Assembly: GCA_002189035.1 (NCBI GenBank)
Contig: CM007990.1
Span: forward strand, 2,542,001-2,606,000
Origin: Utricularia gibba
Lineage: Eukaryota > Plantae > Magnoliophyta
Reading direction: 5' to 3'
Length of the DNA stretch: 64,000 nt
Part shown: positions 49,742 to 63,141 of the stretch, piece by piece
Layout: the number at the start of each line of letters is the position of its first letter
Numbering within the stretch: position 1 is the stretch's first letter
Translations under genes and position numbers: made by a program
The notes under the pieces: generated by a model
The model's database searches: none
Told to the model about the DNA's origin: nothing
Seen by the model: the letters and a program-made list of their open reading frames with translations, nothing else

Positions 49742-50724
49742 GTAATCTCACCTCTCCCATACACAAGTAAAGTGATATTCCCGACACAAAACTACTCTTC
49801 CTGGTGAGTGCGCGTGCAGTGCAGCAGCCAAACCAAGCCAAGCCAATGGCATTTAGGAGAAGATAAAAAGCACTAATTATGTCATTTGGAAAACACTTCT
49901 CTTTCAGATTCCTACTGGATGTTCATTGAGCCCCACATGAGACCAGGACAAACAGAATCTCCCATTCACGATTATTATGCTGCCAAATCTTAATTCATAC
50001 AACTACAACTCTACGATGCAACAATGGGGCAACCAATACATCTATCTACATACTGCGCACAACTAAAAACAAGCAGAAGAATTCCATCTCTCGCCTTTCA
50101 GCAACTTTGCTATCCATCGTCTCTGCCTCATCTGTTCTACAAAGTGAGTATCTCCTTCCTTCTCTGCAGCCAACAGAGGGAGAGGAGCCTCACCGTGAAC
50201 AGCAAAAACATCAAACGCTGGTGGGCGCGCGGGCGGCCTTCTCAGTCATTTCAAACCCTCCCCAGTTTCCTCATGTTCGCGCATGCCCCCATGTCGGTGT
50301 ATGTAAACCATGTCCTGCAAGAAAACATAAAGATTCTAACCAGATTCAGGCACCTTAACTGGTTTACCCAAAAGTTGAATTTTAAACAAAATTAAGTAAG
50401 CTCGAAAAAACACCAGAATTTTAAGGATCGCTTTTTCAACCCTTTCAAGTATTCTCATCTCCTTTACCTTACAGTTCAAACACCAGAAAAAATACCTATC
50501 ATGTTTCTTTTAACTTCTGGTTCATTTTTTACACTGTCAAGACCCAGGAGCCCAACATTCCACTAGACTGCACCAGGTCCTAATCAATTTTATGTTGATT
50601 TTCATCGTAAGTCTACATTCCAAATGCACTCATGGAGACCACAAAAATAAAACAGTCTGCCATACAAGGAATATATATCAATTACCTTGTAATCTTCAAT
50701 CACCGACAGTTATAAGTTGTGTAA

Positions 50725-53700
50725 CTACTTCGCTGCAGAAAAATATGGGTGCATGAGACTGGGGTTATTCGAATGAGGCTGCTTGACAAATGGATGCTCC
50801 AAAAGTTGGGTTGCAGTAGGACGATCAGCCGGGTTTACTTTCAAACACTCAAGAATAAAACCCGAGCATCATTAGAGAGGGTTGTAGGAATCCGAGGAAG
50901 TTCTCCACGGCCAATCCTGAATAATGCTTGCATCTATCAGAGAACACCTGGCATCCCATTAGCAAGCAAACTGCCAGCAAAGGTCGCAGAATTAAACAAG
51001 GTGCATACCCCTTCCAAGTGAGAGTACGGAAGCTGTCTGGTTAACATTTCAAGAACAGTACACCCCAGGCTCCATATATCGGCAGAACAGCCATACCCAC
51101 GGTTCTTCACAACCTGACGATTCATTTGGCAATTATGTTAATTTAAGAGCAAAATGAGTTTTTCTTTTCAGAAAGTAGAATGATACAACACTTTCTTTTT
51201 TCTTGTATTCATAGGCCTGTCTCTTCATTTTTTTTTTTTAATCATACAAGGGATACTCACTTTCCAGATACATACAACAGATAAAATGCAATGCTAAACC
51301 ATGACTAAAACTACAAATAGTCAGCAAATGCAAAATCACCAGAAGAGTGAGATATACAAATTATGCCTGAAAATAAATAAAAGAGAGTGGCCAAATTTCC
51401 ATGAAGAAGAAAAATATTAAGTAATCACCACTAAAAATCCATCATTATGGATCTACACAAGCAGATCACTTTTTCTAAGATGTAAGACTCAGAAGCCTGA
51501 CAAATGGCTGCTTAACTAGACTTGGATTCAGTCCATCATCAGCCTACAAAATAGTGAGCAAGGGCAAGCGAGAAAAACCGAATGTTTAAATGAAATGCTT
51601 GCAGACGTTGGATAATTACATGCACAGTAACTAAACACATTCAGCCATGACACTGGTATTTGGGGGACACCCATGACTTAAAGACTTAAAGCTTAAACAT
51701 TCATGCCAACAGGCTTAAAGTTACAATCTAAAGGGTAATTTGTATGCACAAATGTAGAAGTTTTACACTTCAACCGTGTGGCTCAATGAAGCAAAAAACT
51801 TCAAAGAGAACACATTCTTAGCATAACAAGAATACCAGAAAGACTCCGAGCTTTCAAGCATATATAAAAAGAGAGCAATACAACTCGTGAATCAGCTGGT
51901 TACATATGTTTTTAGTTTTATGTAATATGAGGCATAAAAGTTAACCCCCTGAGTCGCATGCTGACTATCATGTTTTCCATTTCCCAAGTTATGCCACAGA
52001 CACATTACAGCTAGCTGATGCTAGGGCTAATGCCTTATGGTTCTGGGGTCTAAAATTACAACCAAGTGCTATGAGGAATTAAAAATACATTGCAGTGACC
52101 CATATTCCATAAGCAATAGTCCTGGAACTTGCTAGAAATTTAGCAAAGTGGTACAACTGAACAAGAGAGTTACCTCTGGCGCCATCCAATAAGGGGTTCC
52201 TTTGCATGATTTAATGTCATTAAGTTCGGTTATCTGAATAAAAAAACAAGACAAACATCTCAATGACCGAAAATTGATTTACGCAGGACAACAAAAAGTT
52301 AAATGAGCAGAATGACACCTTCGCCAAACCAAAATCTGACAGTTTCACAGCACCACTGGCATCCACTAGTATATTGGCACACTTAATATCCCTTGCATAG
52401 ATGAAAAATCCAGTGAAAATTGCAAGCATTCATTATTTCATAACATCTAAAAATTCAAATTCAATCACAATCAGCATGAAATGAATCAACCCGAGAAAAA
52501 CCAAGCCGATAACAGAGGAAAAAACAACAAGCTTGAAATTCAAGGGTGTAACATTAGGTTATTAAATCAGTATTGGAGCAAGAGTTTTGGATTAATTAGC
52601 ATAGTCAGGAAAATCAAAAAGACATTATAATTCTTTTGAAAAGACCACATGAAAAACAAACACCATTGACAAGGGAGAATCAATAAGAACAATTCTAGAA
52701 CCACCATACCGCCCATGGCCAAATGTGAACCTTGTTGATTCCAAAACTTAACTTTCTAGAACTTTAAAAAAAGGTTTAAAAAAGATTTTTTTTTTCAAAC
52801 TAGATTTTACAATATAAATCACCAAGTCACCTATAATCCAACAAGGACTCCTTTATTAGAAATCTCAACTTTTGATGTCTAAAAGAACTTCAAAACAAAT
52901 TATCTCACTCAATAAGATGTTATCATGTCATAAAAAATTAGATACCACAGAGACCACTTCAAATTGACGAAAGATATGACTCAGGAAATTAACTGAAGAA
53001 AGTGTTAAACTGATATGCAGCAATGATAATTTTCCTTAGTCATCTAGTTACTCTAACTAATTATTTGTTGAAATTAAAAATCCAACAACAAAAAAAAAGT
53101 ATGAATGTATAAAAATGTCCGACTCACCTGTGGACCACATTTCGTGAATGAAGGTAATCAAGACCACACAAAATCTGCCTCGTGTATGCACGTACTTGAG
53201 AATCCTGTAGCTGATACTTTTCATATAGTTTTGCAAGTGAACCCTTAGTTAGAAGCTCAAGGAAGATATAGAGCTTCGAATCATCCTGATGAATAGTTTG
53301 TTGTCAAATCATAAAACTTTTTAAAAAAATTGAGTTTAACACAGCATTTCCTTGAGAAACTACATGACATACCTTGTCGGTGCCAATATAGCTTACGATG
53401 TTCTCATGCTGAAACTGTCTCAAAAGCCATATTTCCTGAAAAAACCACAAGAAAACTACTGAAATAACAGAGATCTTTTGAATTGCATGTATGCATAAGT
53501 TTTATGGTTCTTAAGTTATTTTTGAGCTACTTAACTTCAAAATTTTCTCACCTGTTCAAGCTGAGAAATGCTCTGCTGGCCTTGGCAACCTTTATCCAGT
53601 AAGGAAACCTCCTTTACAGCAAAGAAAAACCCATCACTGCAGTAATTTTAAGAGGAAGATAAGAAGGGATAAGTAACCAAAACATATGGCTGAAATTAAA

Positions 53701-55106
53701 CCAATGCTACGGAAGGGAAAGATGATTTCATGCAGAAATCTTGCATTAATGATGACGAAAAGACAAGTTCAAGTCGTAGCTCACAGGGAGTTTGACTAGG
53801 AAGAGAGGAAGGAATCAAACTAAATCTTAATATCATTGCAATCTTCATAGTGCCATGTCAATGGCCACCAAGGGAGACGTCTTGTTTCATATACAAATGA
53901 GCTAATTACCAAGAAGGCAAAGAAAAGCACTTAAAAAGAAACTGGTAATCCTGCAGGTCATCTTAAATTCATAAGCTGCTTCATAAAAGACAACAAACAA
54001 ACCAAAAAATGGTTCCAAACATGCAGATATTTTTTCAGAAAATCTTGCTCTTGATGTTTCCATGACAAAAAAGCAACCTCAGATAGTTTTGCATAAACAA
54101 AATACTTACTCAGTGAAGCCCTCATAGACAGTTCCAAATGATCCACTGCCAAGGAAATCACCCTTTTGCCAAGATGTGATTTTACGCCCTTGAGAACCAC
54201 TCATTGGGATAATGCCATTGTCTTTTTCAACAATTACGCTTTCCAGACAATTTAGCTCTTCTGGACCCACATTAGGATTAAATGTTCTTTCATTTTCCAT
54301 ATCCCTGTCAATCCCTTCCGGACACGTATCCTGATCATCTTGAGGACCGAATGATCTCATCAAATCCCAGGTTGAACTTGTACTGTCCACGACAGAGAGC
54401 ATCATAGCTGGAGGAAGAGCCAAGTTTTGTGGACTACATCCCTTAATCCCAGAAACCATGCAATTAGAATCAAATGATCCTTTTCTTTCTCCACCTTCTT
54501 CAGCATTCTCCACAATCAACTCATTTATGACTTTTGATTCACCACCACCGTTGATTATGGCATTATTGCAATCTCCGAGTTTCAGTGACTGCCCAGCAGC
54601 ATCCATTAACCAGAGTCGACGTAACTCATCAGACATCTCTTCTTCATAACCACAATGTCCGGAAACTTTTCCAATTCCGCCTCCATTTGAACGACTGTCA
54701 CTGCAAACTAATCCAGGCATCACCACAAATCCATCTTCATTCTCGCCGCACCTCACCCCAGGACCAAAATCATCGATCAGCGGAGAGTGTTTGTAGGGAT
54801 TACTCAGCTCGGGGGTCATAATATCATGTGCCGGTGATGAATCAGGATTCCTGGCGTCCCAGGCGTCAAGGGGAATCGAAAAATCATCGAGTCGGAGGCC
54901 AAGTGAACGGAAAACCTCATCGACTTCTCCCTCAACCCCTCAATACGAAAGCTAGAGGGGCCGATGACCCTAGTCGGGTGGAGTGAGCCGGAAGTTGTGG
55001 TCATGATCGACCCGCCGTCGACATCGTGATCGATGTTCTTCATGGCGTTCCGACGATCGAGCCTGGGGCGTTGTTGGGGATGGCGTCTGCTCTTCAGGTG
55101 GATCAT
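50725..55106 (-). CDS. MEKK1-like: MEKK1-like MAP kinase kinase kinase with two apparent 1-bp deletions in this sequence
   Basis: Exons (-): 55106-54110, 53636-53552, 53435-53373, 53285-53128, 52391-52319, 52233-52174, 51113-51009, 50933-50725. Motifs [97 protein letters not shown]. Frameshifts at 54936-54939 and 50857-50863. Confidence 0.9.
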
Positions 55107-55178
55107 CTTACTTGGTCTCTATTGGAGAAACACGCAGAGAAGACAACGTAAAGGCAGCATATATCCCATTTTCCAATT

Positions 55179-55379
55179 CTGTGTTTTCAAACCGGCCGGT
55201 TAACCGGCGGCTGAAACCGGTTAACCAGTAATGGATTTCCGATTATTCAAAAGAGATCGTGGCCCACTTCTGTAAAGTTGATCAGTTTTAATTTACTGGA
55301 TTTTCAAACCGGTTTTGACCGGTCAAATCAGAATCGTTCTCCTACCGGTTTGGTTTGAAAACCTGATTTGAAAACATAG
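55179..55379. mobile_element. About 200-bp MITE with TIRs and AACCGG subterminal motifs, upstream of the MAPKKK
   Basis: Left end ctgtgttttcaaacc; right end gatttgaaaacatag (reverse complement ctatgttttcaaatc). Flanks ttttccaatt and ttttccatt resemble a TSD. Confidence 0.55.
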
Positions 55380-55395
55380 TTTTCCATTGTTTTTA

Positions 55396-55620
55396 GGGTG
55401 TGTTTGGTTGATAGTAATACTTAAACCCATGTTTAATTTATTTGAATTTAAATAAATAGATTTTATGAATTTAGAAAATTATTCGTATTTGGTTGTTGAA
55501 TTTAATTTATTAGAGATTAACATGAAAAAAACGTTTAGTATATAAATATAAAATTAAATATATAATAAATATAAATATAAAATTAAATATATAATAAATA
55601 TATATATGAAATTAATTATA
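55396..55620. mobile_element. Tourist/PIF-like MITE fragment
   Basis: TTA|GGGTGTGTTTGGTT start; the body aligns by eye with 31885-32050. Confidence 0.55.
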
Positions 55621-56899
55621 TATCCCTTCCAAAAAAAACATTCCTTTATATTCTAATTAGTCTTCTACCTCCTCACCGACTCCATCTTTTGGATGCGAGG
55701 CTGCCATCAGATGAGATCTTCGGTGATTTCACCGATATGTGAAAGTTTTGTTGCATAGGTTAGATGTCGACATACGTCATTCCTTGTGTGGAGTTTCCCA
55801 ATTGAAATTTGTTAATTTGAGAATTGATTCATGGGTTTACTTGTTGTATGTTATCGCTAGTTTCACTTTCTTCTTCCTACTTCAATTCCTCCGGTGTAGA
55901 TGTAGGCATGCATAACTCAAATGTCCTCTAAGAATCGACCAGAAAACTGAAGTAGGTCTGGAAGTGGAATGAAGAGAAGGATTTGTTGCATGTTCTAAAG
56001 TAGATAGTGAAAAAAATTGAAAAATTGAGAATAATTTTAGAGGTGAGTATCAACGAGCACTAGAGTCAGAGTTCTTGAAACTCCACCCAAGAACTGACAT
56101 CCGCATGCATCTGCACATATCTAGTAAGGTGCATACACGAGAAAAGAACTACTACCTCTTTTTTAACTTTTTAGCAAGGTTGGCATCGGTTTCAACGAGT
56201 TAACCAATACCGTAGATGCCAACAAAGAGGTTTGGAAAAGATTGAATAGGTACATATATGTTATAGTCGGTGGTGTTATACTCGATACTTATTTTGTACT
56301 TATGTCAGCATGTACCAAGGCTATGAATACTAAGATATAAAATATGGTCGTATTACATAGAGTAATGAGGAATCTTTGAAAATGATCGAGCTACCAGAAA
56401 TAATATTGTGAGCTTCGTAGGCGAGGTTAAGCTACTTTCTTGCCTCAAGTAATTGTGAAAGAGAATTTATTGTGCATACCCTAGCCTATGACCTTAGATC
56501 TTGAAACGTTTGTGAGGTTTTTGTATTTTGGTGAACTTCATGAATGGCTATATATCTAGCTTTTGTTACATCCGTCCACTTGTTAGTTTATGTGTTGAAT
56601 ATTTTAGCTTGTAAGATAATGTGTATTGTATTGCACATGAAATTTTGGGTCGAAGATGAGTCCATGTGTTTAGTGTTATGTATAGTTATTCTTTTTTTTC
56701 TTTTTTTTTCTTTCTTATTATTTTTCTTTTGTTTCTATTTTGCTGTTTATTTTCTATTTTTATGCATTCATTTCCATTAAGCAGCCATCCAAGCTTGAGA
56801 TCATATCGAGAAGCCTTGTGTCCCTTAGATTCAGAGATCAAGCCCACATTTCTGGCGAAAAAAGAGAGAAATGGTTGCTCAACTACCTACTAGAGTCCT

Positions 56900-58663
56900 C
56901 ATGGTTCACGATGAATAAGGGCAACAAAACACTGAAACTTTTCTAGTTCTATTGATCACTAATTATAGCCCAGTATTAAGTTCGAAATATCCGTAAACCA
57001 TATTGACTGACCACCGTGAATCATTTTTGATGGAGAAGAGGACTCTAAGCTATGCCCATATATATTCTAGACACTTTCTAAGTTCGTTAGGAGAGAGAAT
57101 GACGACCCAAACTATCATCTACGAGAGTTGCACATGGCTTGTACATCCATTCACTGAAAAGGAGTAATAGAGGACCAACTCAAGTTGCAAGTCTTTCCTT
57201 TCACTCTCATTGAGCGAGCCTTGTAGTGGCTATAAGGACTACCTCCATCCTCTATTGCTACTTGGGAGTAAATGGTTTAGAAATTTCTTGATCGATATGT
57301 ACCCCTTGGAAGAACCTTCACTAGAAGAAGAGCCGTAACCACTGATGCGTGTCGTTTCCACAACAAATTTTAATATTTTTAAAACTCATAAAACACAAAA
57401 GTGTAGTATGTGTATTGAACACAGGGAGTTGTTTTTCAGTGAAAGGTGAAGTTACACTAAATACAACTATCACGATTTGTAAACGGCTTTGTAAGTAAAA
57501 GGTGCGAGAAACATAAATGATGAAACTTGAGTAAGAGGGTAAGAGATTTGTAAATAAACAACAGAAATAAACGTAAGCGATGAACTTTAAATAAAGCGAA
57601 TGTTCTTGGGTTTGAAATCTTGCCTAGCTACTTTTGTCGTGTCTCCTCTCTTCTCTAATCTTCTCAAGTACTCAATTATAGGAATAAAGAATTGCCTACC
57701 TTCCTTTACACTCTCTTGCAAGAAGGCATGGAAATAACCCGATATTGTTCCTACTTGGAAGAACGTGAAGATAAGAGGTCCTACCATCGTACCCTCACGG
57801 TTGAATAGGTAAATGCATTCTATCAGAACCAAGGAGGAACCTACAACTATGGAAACTACCTGATGCCGAGAAGAGACCATCTTGGTTTCACTAGAGACAA
57901 CCATTGCCTCCTGTTCATGCACCATCACTAGGGAACTTGTCTCTTATTCCTCAGAAAGCTATCATCACTCCACCTCAACCTCTGCACATCATTAGAGCTT
58001 CAAAGCAACTTATTGGTACTTATTAGCCAAATCACACCTTGGAGTCAATGGCGAAATCCCTTGTTGAAAGCACCACAAAAATGCCAAAAGGACATGGATG
58101 AACAAATCACAAGTATGCATACTGAAATCACTAAGCTGGTGCAAGCCATGAACCGATTGGAGATACAATGAGGACTATCATCCCATCCAATGAAGAACCC
58201 TGAGCACATCAACATAATATCCTTGATAAGTGGGAAGGATTTTCCAGACCTTTACTTAGGGTTCATGACTAAGGTGGACAAGTTTGAAGAAAAAGAATTA
58301 GAAGTATTAGACAACGACGATAAAGTGGATGAAGAGATTGTTTGCGAGAATTTAGATGGTACCCTGGTCCATAACATTGCTATGCCCATGCCATCTGAAG
58401 ATTTGAAGGAGAAGGAGATACAAGAAATTCATCCACATAAGTCTTTAGCCATCCCATCACCCTTTCCTATAAGGTTCTGAAGGAAGAATAAGGACAAACA
58501 TGGACTGAAAGCATTCATAGAGATGATGAAGAAGGTCAATGTGAACATCCTCTTACTGGATATGATGGACTAAATGCCCAAGTATGTGAAAATATTGAAA
58601 GACTTGCGTGACTTTAAGAAGAAGTCAAAGGTAGAAGAAGGTCAATGTGAACATCCTCTTACT
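56900..58663 (+). mobile_element. Degenerate Athila-like gypsy gag and gag-pol linker
   Basis: FPFTLIERAL*WL*GLPPSSIATWE*MV*KFLDRY at ~57200; KNPEHINIISLISGK at ~58195; PFPIRF...KKVNVNI...MPKYVKILKDL at 58460-58610. An LTR-like reversed piece appears inserted at ~57342-57700. Confidence 0.7.
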
Positions 58664-61600
58664 ATTGTGATTTGTATGTTTGTGGAGTATTTTATCGACG
58701 ATGTGGTTGATGGCTTTGATGTTGAGAAGTTAGCTAAGTTGGATAAGAGGATAGCAATAGATAGTGTTGAAGGGTTAGTTAATGAAGATGATTTAGATGA
58801 TGTTTGCATGGATAGAGAATCTAATAGTGAGGAGGATATGCATATTGTGTAAATGGAATCTGATTATGAGTTGGAAGAATCAGAACATGAATCTTTGAAT
58901 GGGGGTGGAGGTTTAGAGGGAGCTAGAGTTGTGTATCAATGTGTTGATGTGGATACGGAAATTAATGATTCTAATTGATGTTTATCTGGTGATGATGTTG
59001 ATTTGATTGTGGATGATGGCATGGAAGGATCACAAGAAAACAACAAGAATTCAGTGTATAATCTCAATCAAGGTTTCAAGTTTGTGCAGCTAATCAAGAG
59101 CTTGCAATTTGCATCAAGAGAGCATGTTCGTGAAGGCTATCACTCGATATGTCATTGAAACACAAAAGAAAATTGTGTGGTTGAAAAATGACAATGAACG
59201 AATGAGGGTATGTTATGTTTTTTGTATTACATTCTCTTTTAATCATTAATGTACATGATTTTTTTAAAGGCTAAATGCATCGTTGGAGGTTGCAAGTGGT
59301 TTGTTTTTGTGCGGAAGATGAATAATGAGAGTTGTTGGGAAGTTAGAACAATTGCCAAGGAAGATCATGCACTGAATTGTGGTAAAGCCCTAAAAAATTT
59401 CACACTCATAGCTCAATGGATTGCCAAGTGCTTTATAGATAGATTCATGGAGAACCCATCCCTGGAGATTGACTCCTTCATGGTTGAGGTAAACAGGACA
59501 TTAGAGGTTTGCATTACCTATAATCAAGCAAGAAGTGCAAGACTTTTAACACTTGAAATGATAAGAAACAGGTATGCAGAACATTTCAAGCAAATCAAGG
59601 GTTACTATTTGATGTTGGAGCAATCCATTCCAGATTCTATAGTACAACTTAAATTGGTAGATGATGAGGTATCGCTAGGTATGCAACGGTTCCATAGGTT
59701 GTATATTTGTGTAGGTGCTTGCAAAAATGGATTTAAGAGTGGTTGTAGGAAAATGATTAGGATAGATAGTTGTTTTTTAATAGAAAACATGGGAGGTGAG
59801 CTACTTACTGGCTGCTATCGCCTTAGATGCGAATAATGGTGTATTCCCTATAGCGTATGCTTTAGTAAAGGGTGAGAATAGAGATTCATGGAACTGGTTT
59901 TTATCACACTTAGGTATAACAAATGATAACATGAATGAATTAGTGATTATGTCCGATAGAGACAAGGGGCTTGAAGGAACTACCAAAGATGTTTTACCAA
60001 GGATACAGGTTCGCATGACATTAAATTGTATAAATCAGTTCGTTTATTGATATTGTTTCCTTGTTTCAGGTTAGGCATTGTGTTCATCATATCCTCAACA
60101 ACTTAAGTGACAATGGCTATTATTCATTAGCAGTGATGAATTTAGTTATAGCTGTAGCAAATTCAAATCGCAGAGACATGTTTCATTCAACAATGGAGGA
60201 ACTTAAAAAGTTAAGTGAAGGCACCCACACATACATTTCTAATATTCCACATCACTATTGGAGTCGTGTTTTCTTCTCTAAAGGGATGAGGTTAGATATC
60301 ATGTTGAACAATGTGGCTAAAACTTTTAATGCCATGATTCAAATCGCAAGGAAGTTGCCAATCATACCAATGCTTGAGGGTGTGAGAAAGAAATTGATGA
60401 TCATATTCCATTCAAGCATGTCCAACACAGAAAAATGGAAGATAGATATTTGTCCTAAGATTTTAACCATTCTTAGATGTGCAGAGGAAAATCAAGGGTC
60501 AGCAAAGATTTATCCTTTAGATAGTTACATTTGACAACGGAAAAATAGCCAGGGACAACATTGTGTTGATCTTCTGTGCAAGTGATGTTCATGTGGGTGA
60601 TTCCAATTGAAAGGTACATATTTAAAGAACCACTCATTTACACAACTACATGTTTTATGTTAACATGATATTATTATTGATCACAAAAATCCCTTGCAAT
60701 CATGCCTTGCCAACAATCAAGGTAAAGAAAGACAACATTGAAGATTACATTAATGAATGCTATACGGTCACTACTTACAAACTATGGGATGCCAATTTAT
60801 CCATTACCAAGACCTAAAATATGGTCACAAACTGAAGTGGCAGCTCCACTTTCACCACTAGCCCCAATAAAGAGGTCAAGATGATCAAGGAAAAGCCGTC
60901 ACCGCAAAGCATATGAACCATGAAAGAGCTATAGATGTTATAGTGCATTCAAGTGTTCAATTTGTAGATAGAAGGGGCATACTAAGAAGAAATACCCTAG
61001 AGGTGTTATAGGTATCAACAAGCAAGCTATGGTGTTATGTGTGTAGTTCTTAATCATGCTTTATTTGATGTTCTTTTTGAGAAACAGAAAGGTAGAGGAA
61101 TCAAGAGGAAGCACACGAACTTGACCCTGTTTCAGAATGGTGTTGCAATTTTTATTTTAGAGAGGTGATGTTGTTTTTACTCCTTTTGCACCATGATGAT
61201 ACAATGTTGTGTTGGTGTACTCATTTTATAATAGTGTCTTTCAGTATTGTGAACTATGCCATGGCTTTTTGTAACATTACCTCTCATTATTAATATAATA
61301 TTATTGTTTAGCCTTATCACATTACCATTTACATTTCTTTTGAAACACCAAATTCGAATAACCTGAACTAAAAATGACATTGCCAATTACAGTTATAGTA
61401 GTAAGGACTATGACAACAACAATTGATTGAAATGAAAAGCAACATGGTCTTTGACAATGCAAACATAACAACACACTTAACTCTAACTCGCATAGCTTCC
61501 ATACCGGCTTATCTTTTACTTCTTGTTCAGTCATCAACACTACTACCAAACTTATCTTCCAAACCAGTGCAAAACTACAATGCATAAATGAACACAGAAA

Positions 61601-62322
61601 CATTGTAAAGTCATACAACAATACATTCAAGCAAATTAAAATGAAATTAATACACAAATACATGCCTAGGCTATCTTCCATTCTATTTCGCATATCTTGT
61701 CAATTAGACTAAGATTCTCTTCCTCCAAAGCCTTTATCATGTGTACAAAAATATATCAATCAGAAACTCAATTTATAAGGGCAAATGAACCAACCTTAGC
61801 TTTAGCTTCTGCAGCCGATGGAATGCTCACGCTTCGTCCGGCCATTTCATGCTTTAGATCTTCCATCACTTGAATTAAACTATCCAATATATCATCAAGT
61901 GTATGCTTCTTATTCGAACTCTCATTGTCACCCGCTTCTGTAGATTCCTACACTTCAAAGACCAACTCTTTCGCCATTACTATATTACGCTTACGCCTAG
62001 GTCCATGAGGCCGTTGGAATCGTGGTGTATGCCTTCTCCAATTGTACGATTTCATCATTTTGCATTGAAACTAGGGTTAGGGTTCTTGTGAATTTGCGTG
62101 AAAAGGAATTAGCCAAAGTCAAATGCCCGAATATGGGATTTTACTTTATTGTAGTTGGTGACCCGATTTAATCGAATATTTCCAACTGATCAATTAGTTT
62201 TTGGACCGAAAGTCCTAAAGTTTTCGAAATTGCTCAATAAAAGATTAAATTATCACCAAATTTAAAATGGGGACAAAAAAACTACAACATGTTTCAATTA
62301 GGGATTAAATAATCAATTTCTC
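58664..62322 (+). mobile_element. Degenerate MULE/MuDR DNA transposon; right TIR present, left end lost
   Basis: ORFs 59249-59836, 59796-60050 and 60061-60534: KCIVGGCKWFVF, RLYICVGACKNGFKSGCRKMIRIDSCFL, LLAAIALDANNGVFPIAYA, ENRDSWNWFL, IMSDRDKGL, RHCVHHIL, RLDIMLNNVAKTFN (MULE DDE domain). SWIM-like remnant at ~60580-60720. TIR-like end ...gattaaataatcaatttctc at 62322. Confidence 0.85.
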
Positions 62323-62329
62323 CCCTATT

Positions 62330-63141
62330 ATCAAGGCCCCAAATGAGAGTCTCTCATTTGAACTAATGTGTTATGCAAATGATCTACTATGTGTCCAAGT
62401 ATCTTGATAATGCCTAGAAGATATACACCATAATAGAAAAGAAGCTATTGGCCATTGTCTTTACCTTTGAGAAATTTCAATCATATTTTCTTGGAGCTAA
62501 GGTCATAGGATATTCGGACCATGCCGCAATGAGATATCTTCTTACCAAGAAGGATTCAAAGCTTAGACTCATTTGATATATCTTATTGCTTCAAGAATAT
62601 GATTTGGAGATTAATGACAAGAAGAGATGCAAGAATCTAGTGGAAAATCACCTTAGCCAAATCACTTAGAAAAATCAAGTCTTATCGATGATAATTTCCT
62701 GTACAAACACTTATTCATGATCCATGAAGACAGTCCTTGGTACGCTGATATTATAAATTATTTGGTGACTAGGCAATTCCTTGAAGATTTCCATCACTAC
62801 TAGAAGGAGAAACTAAAGAGTGACGGCTTGAATTTTATTTGGGACGATCCATATCTCTAGAAAATTGATATTGATTAGATTATTAGGAGATGCATCCCTC
62901 AAGATGAAGTGCACTCTATTCTTTCCCATTGTGATAAGTTGCCTTGTAATGGACACTTTGGTACAAAAATAACTGCAAAGAAGTTCTTGGAAGCTGGATT
63001 TTATTGGCCTACAATATACAAGGATGTCTATCTTTATTGCAAAGCATGCCCAAATTGTCAAAGAGAAAGAAACTTGGAATACAAGAATCAAGTGCCCCTT
63101 CAACTCATTATCATGTGTGAGATTTTTCATACGTGGAGCAT
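62330..63141 (+). mobile_element. Degenerate Athila-like pol fragment (RNase H and integrase zinc finger)
   Basis: [49 protein letters not shown]; SILSHC...GHFGTKITAKKFLEAGFYWPTIYKD...CKACPNCQR; EIFHTWSID. Confidence 0.85.
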
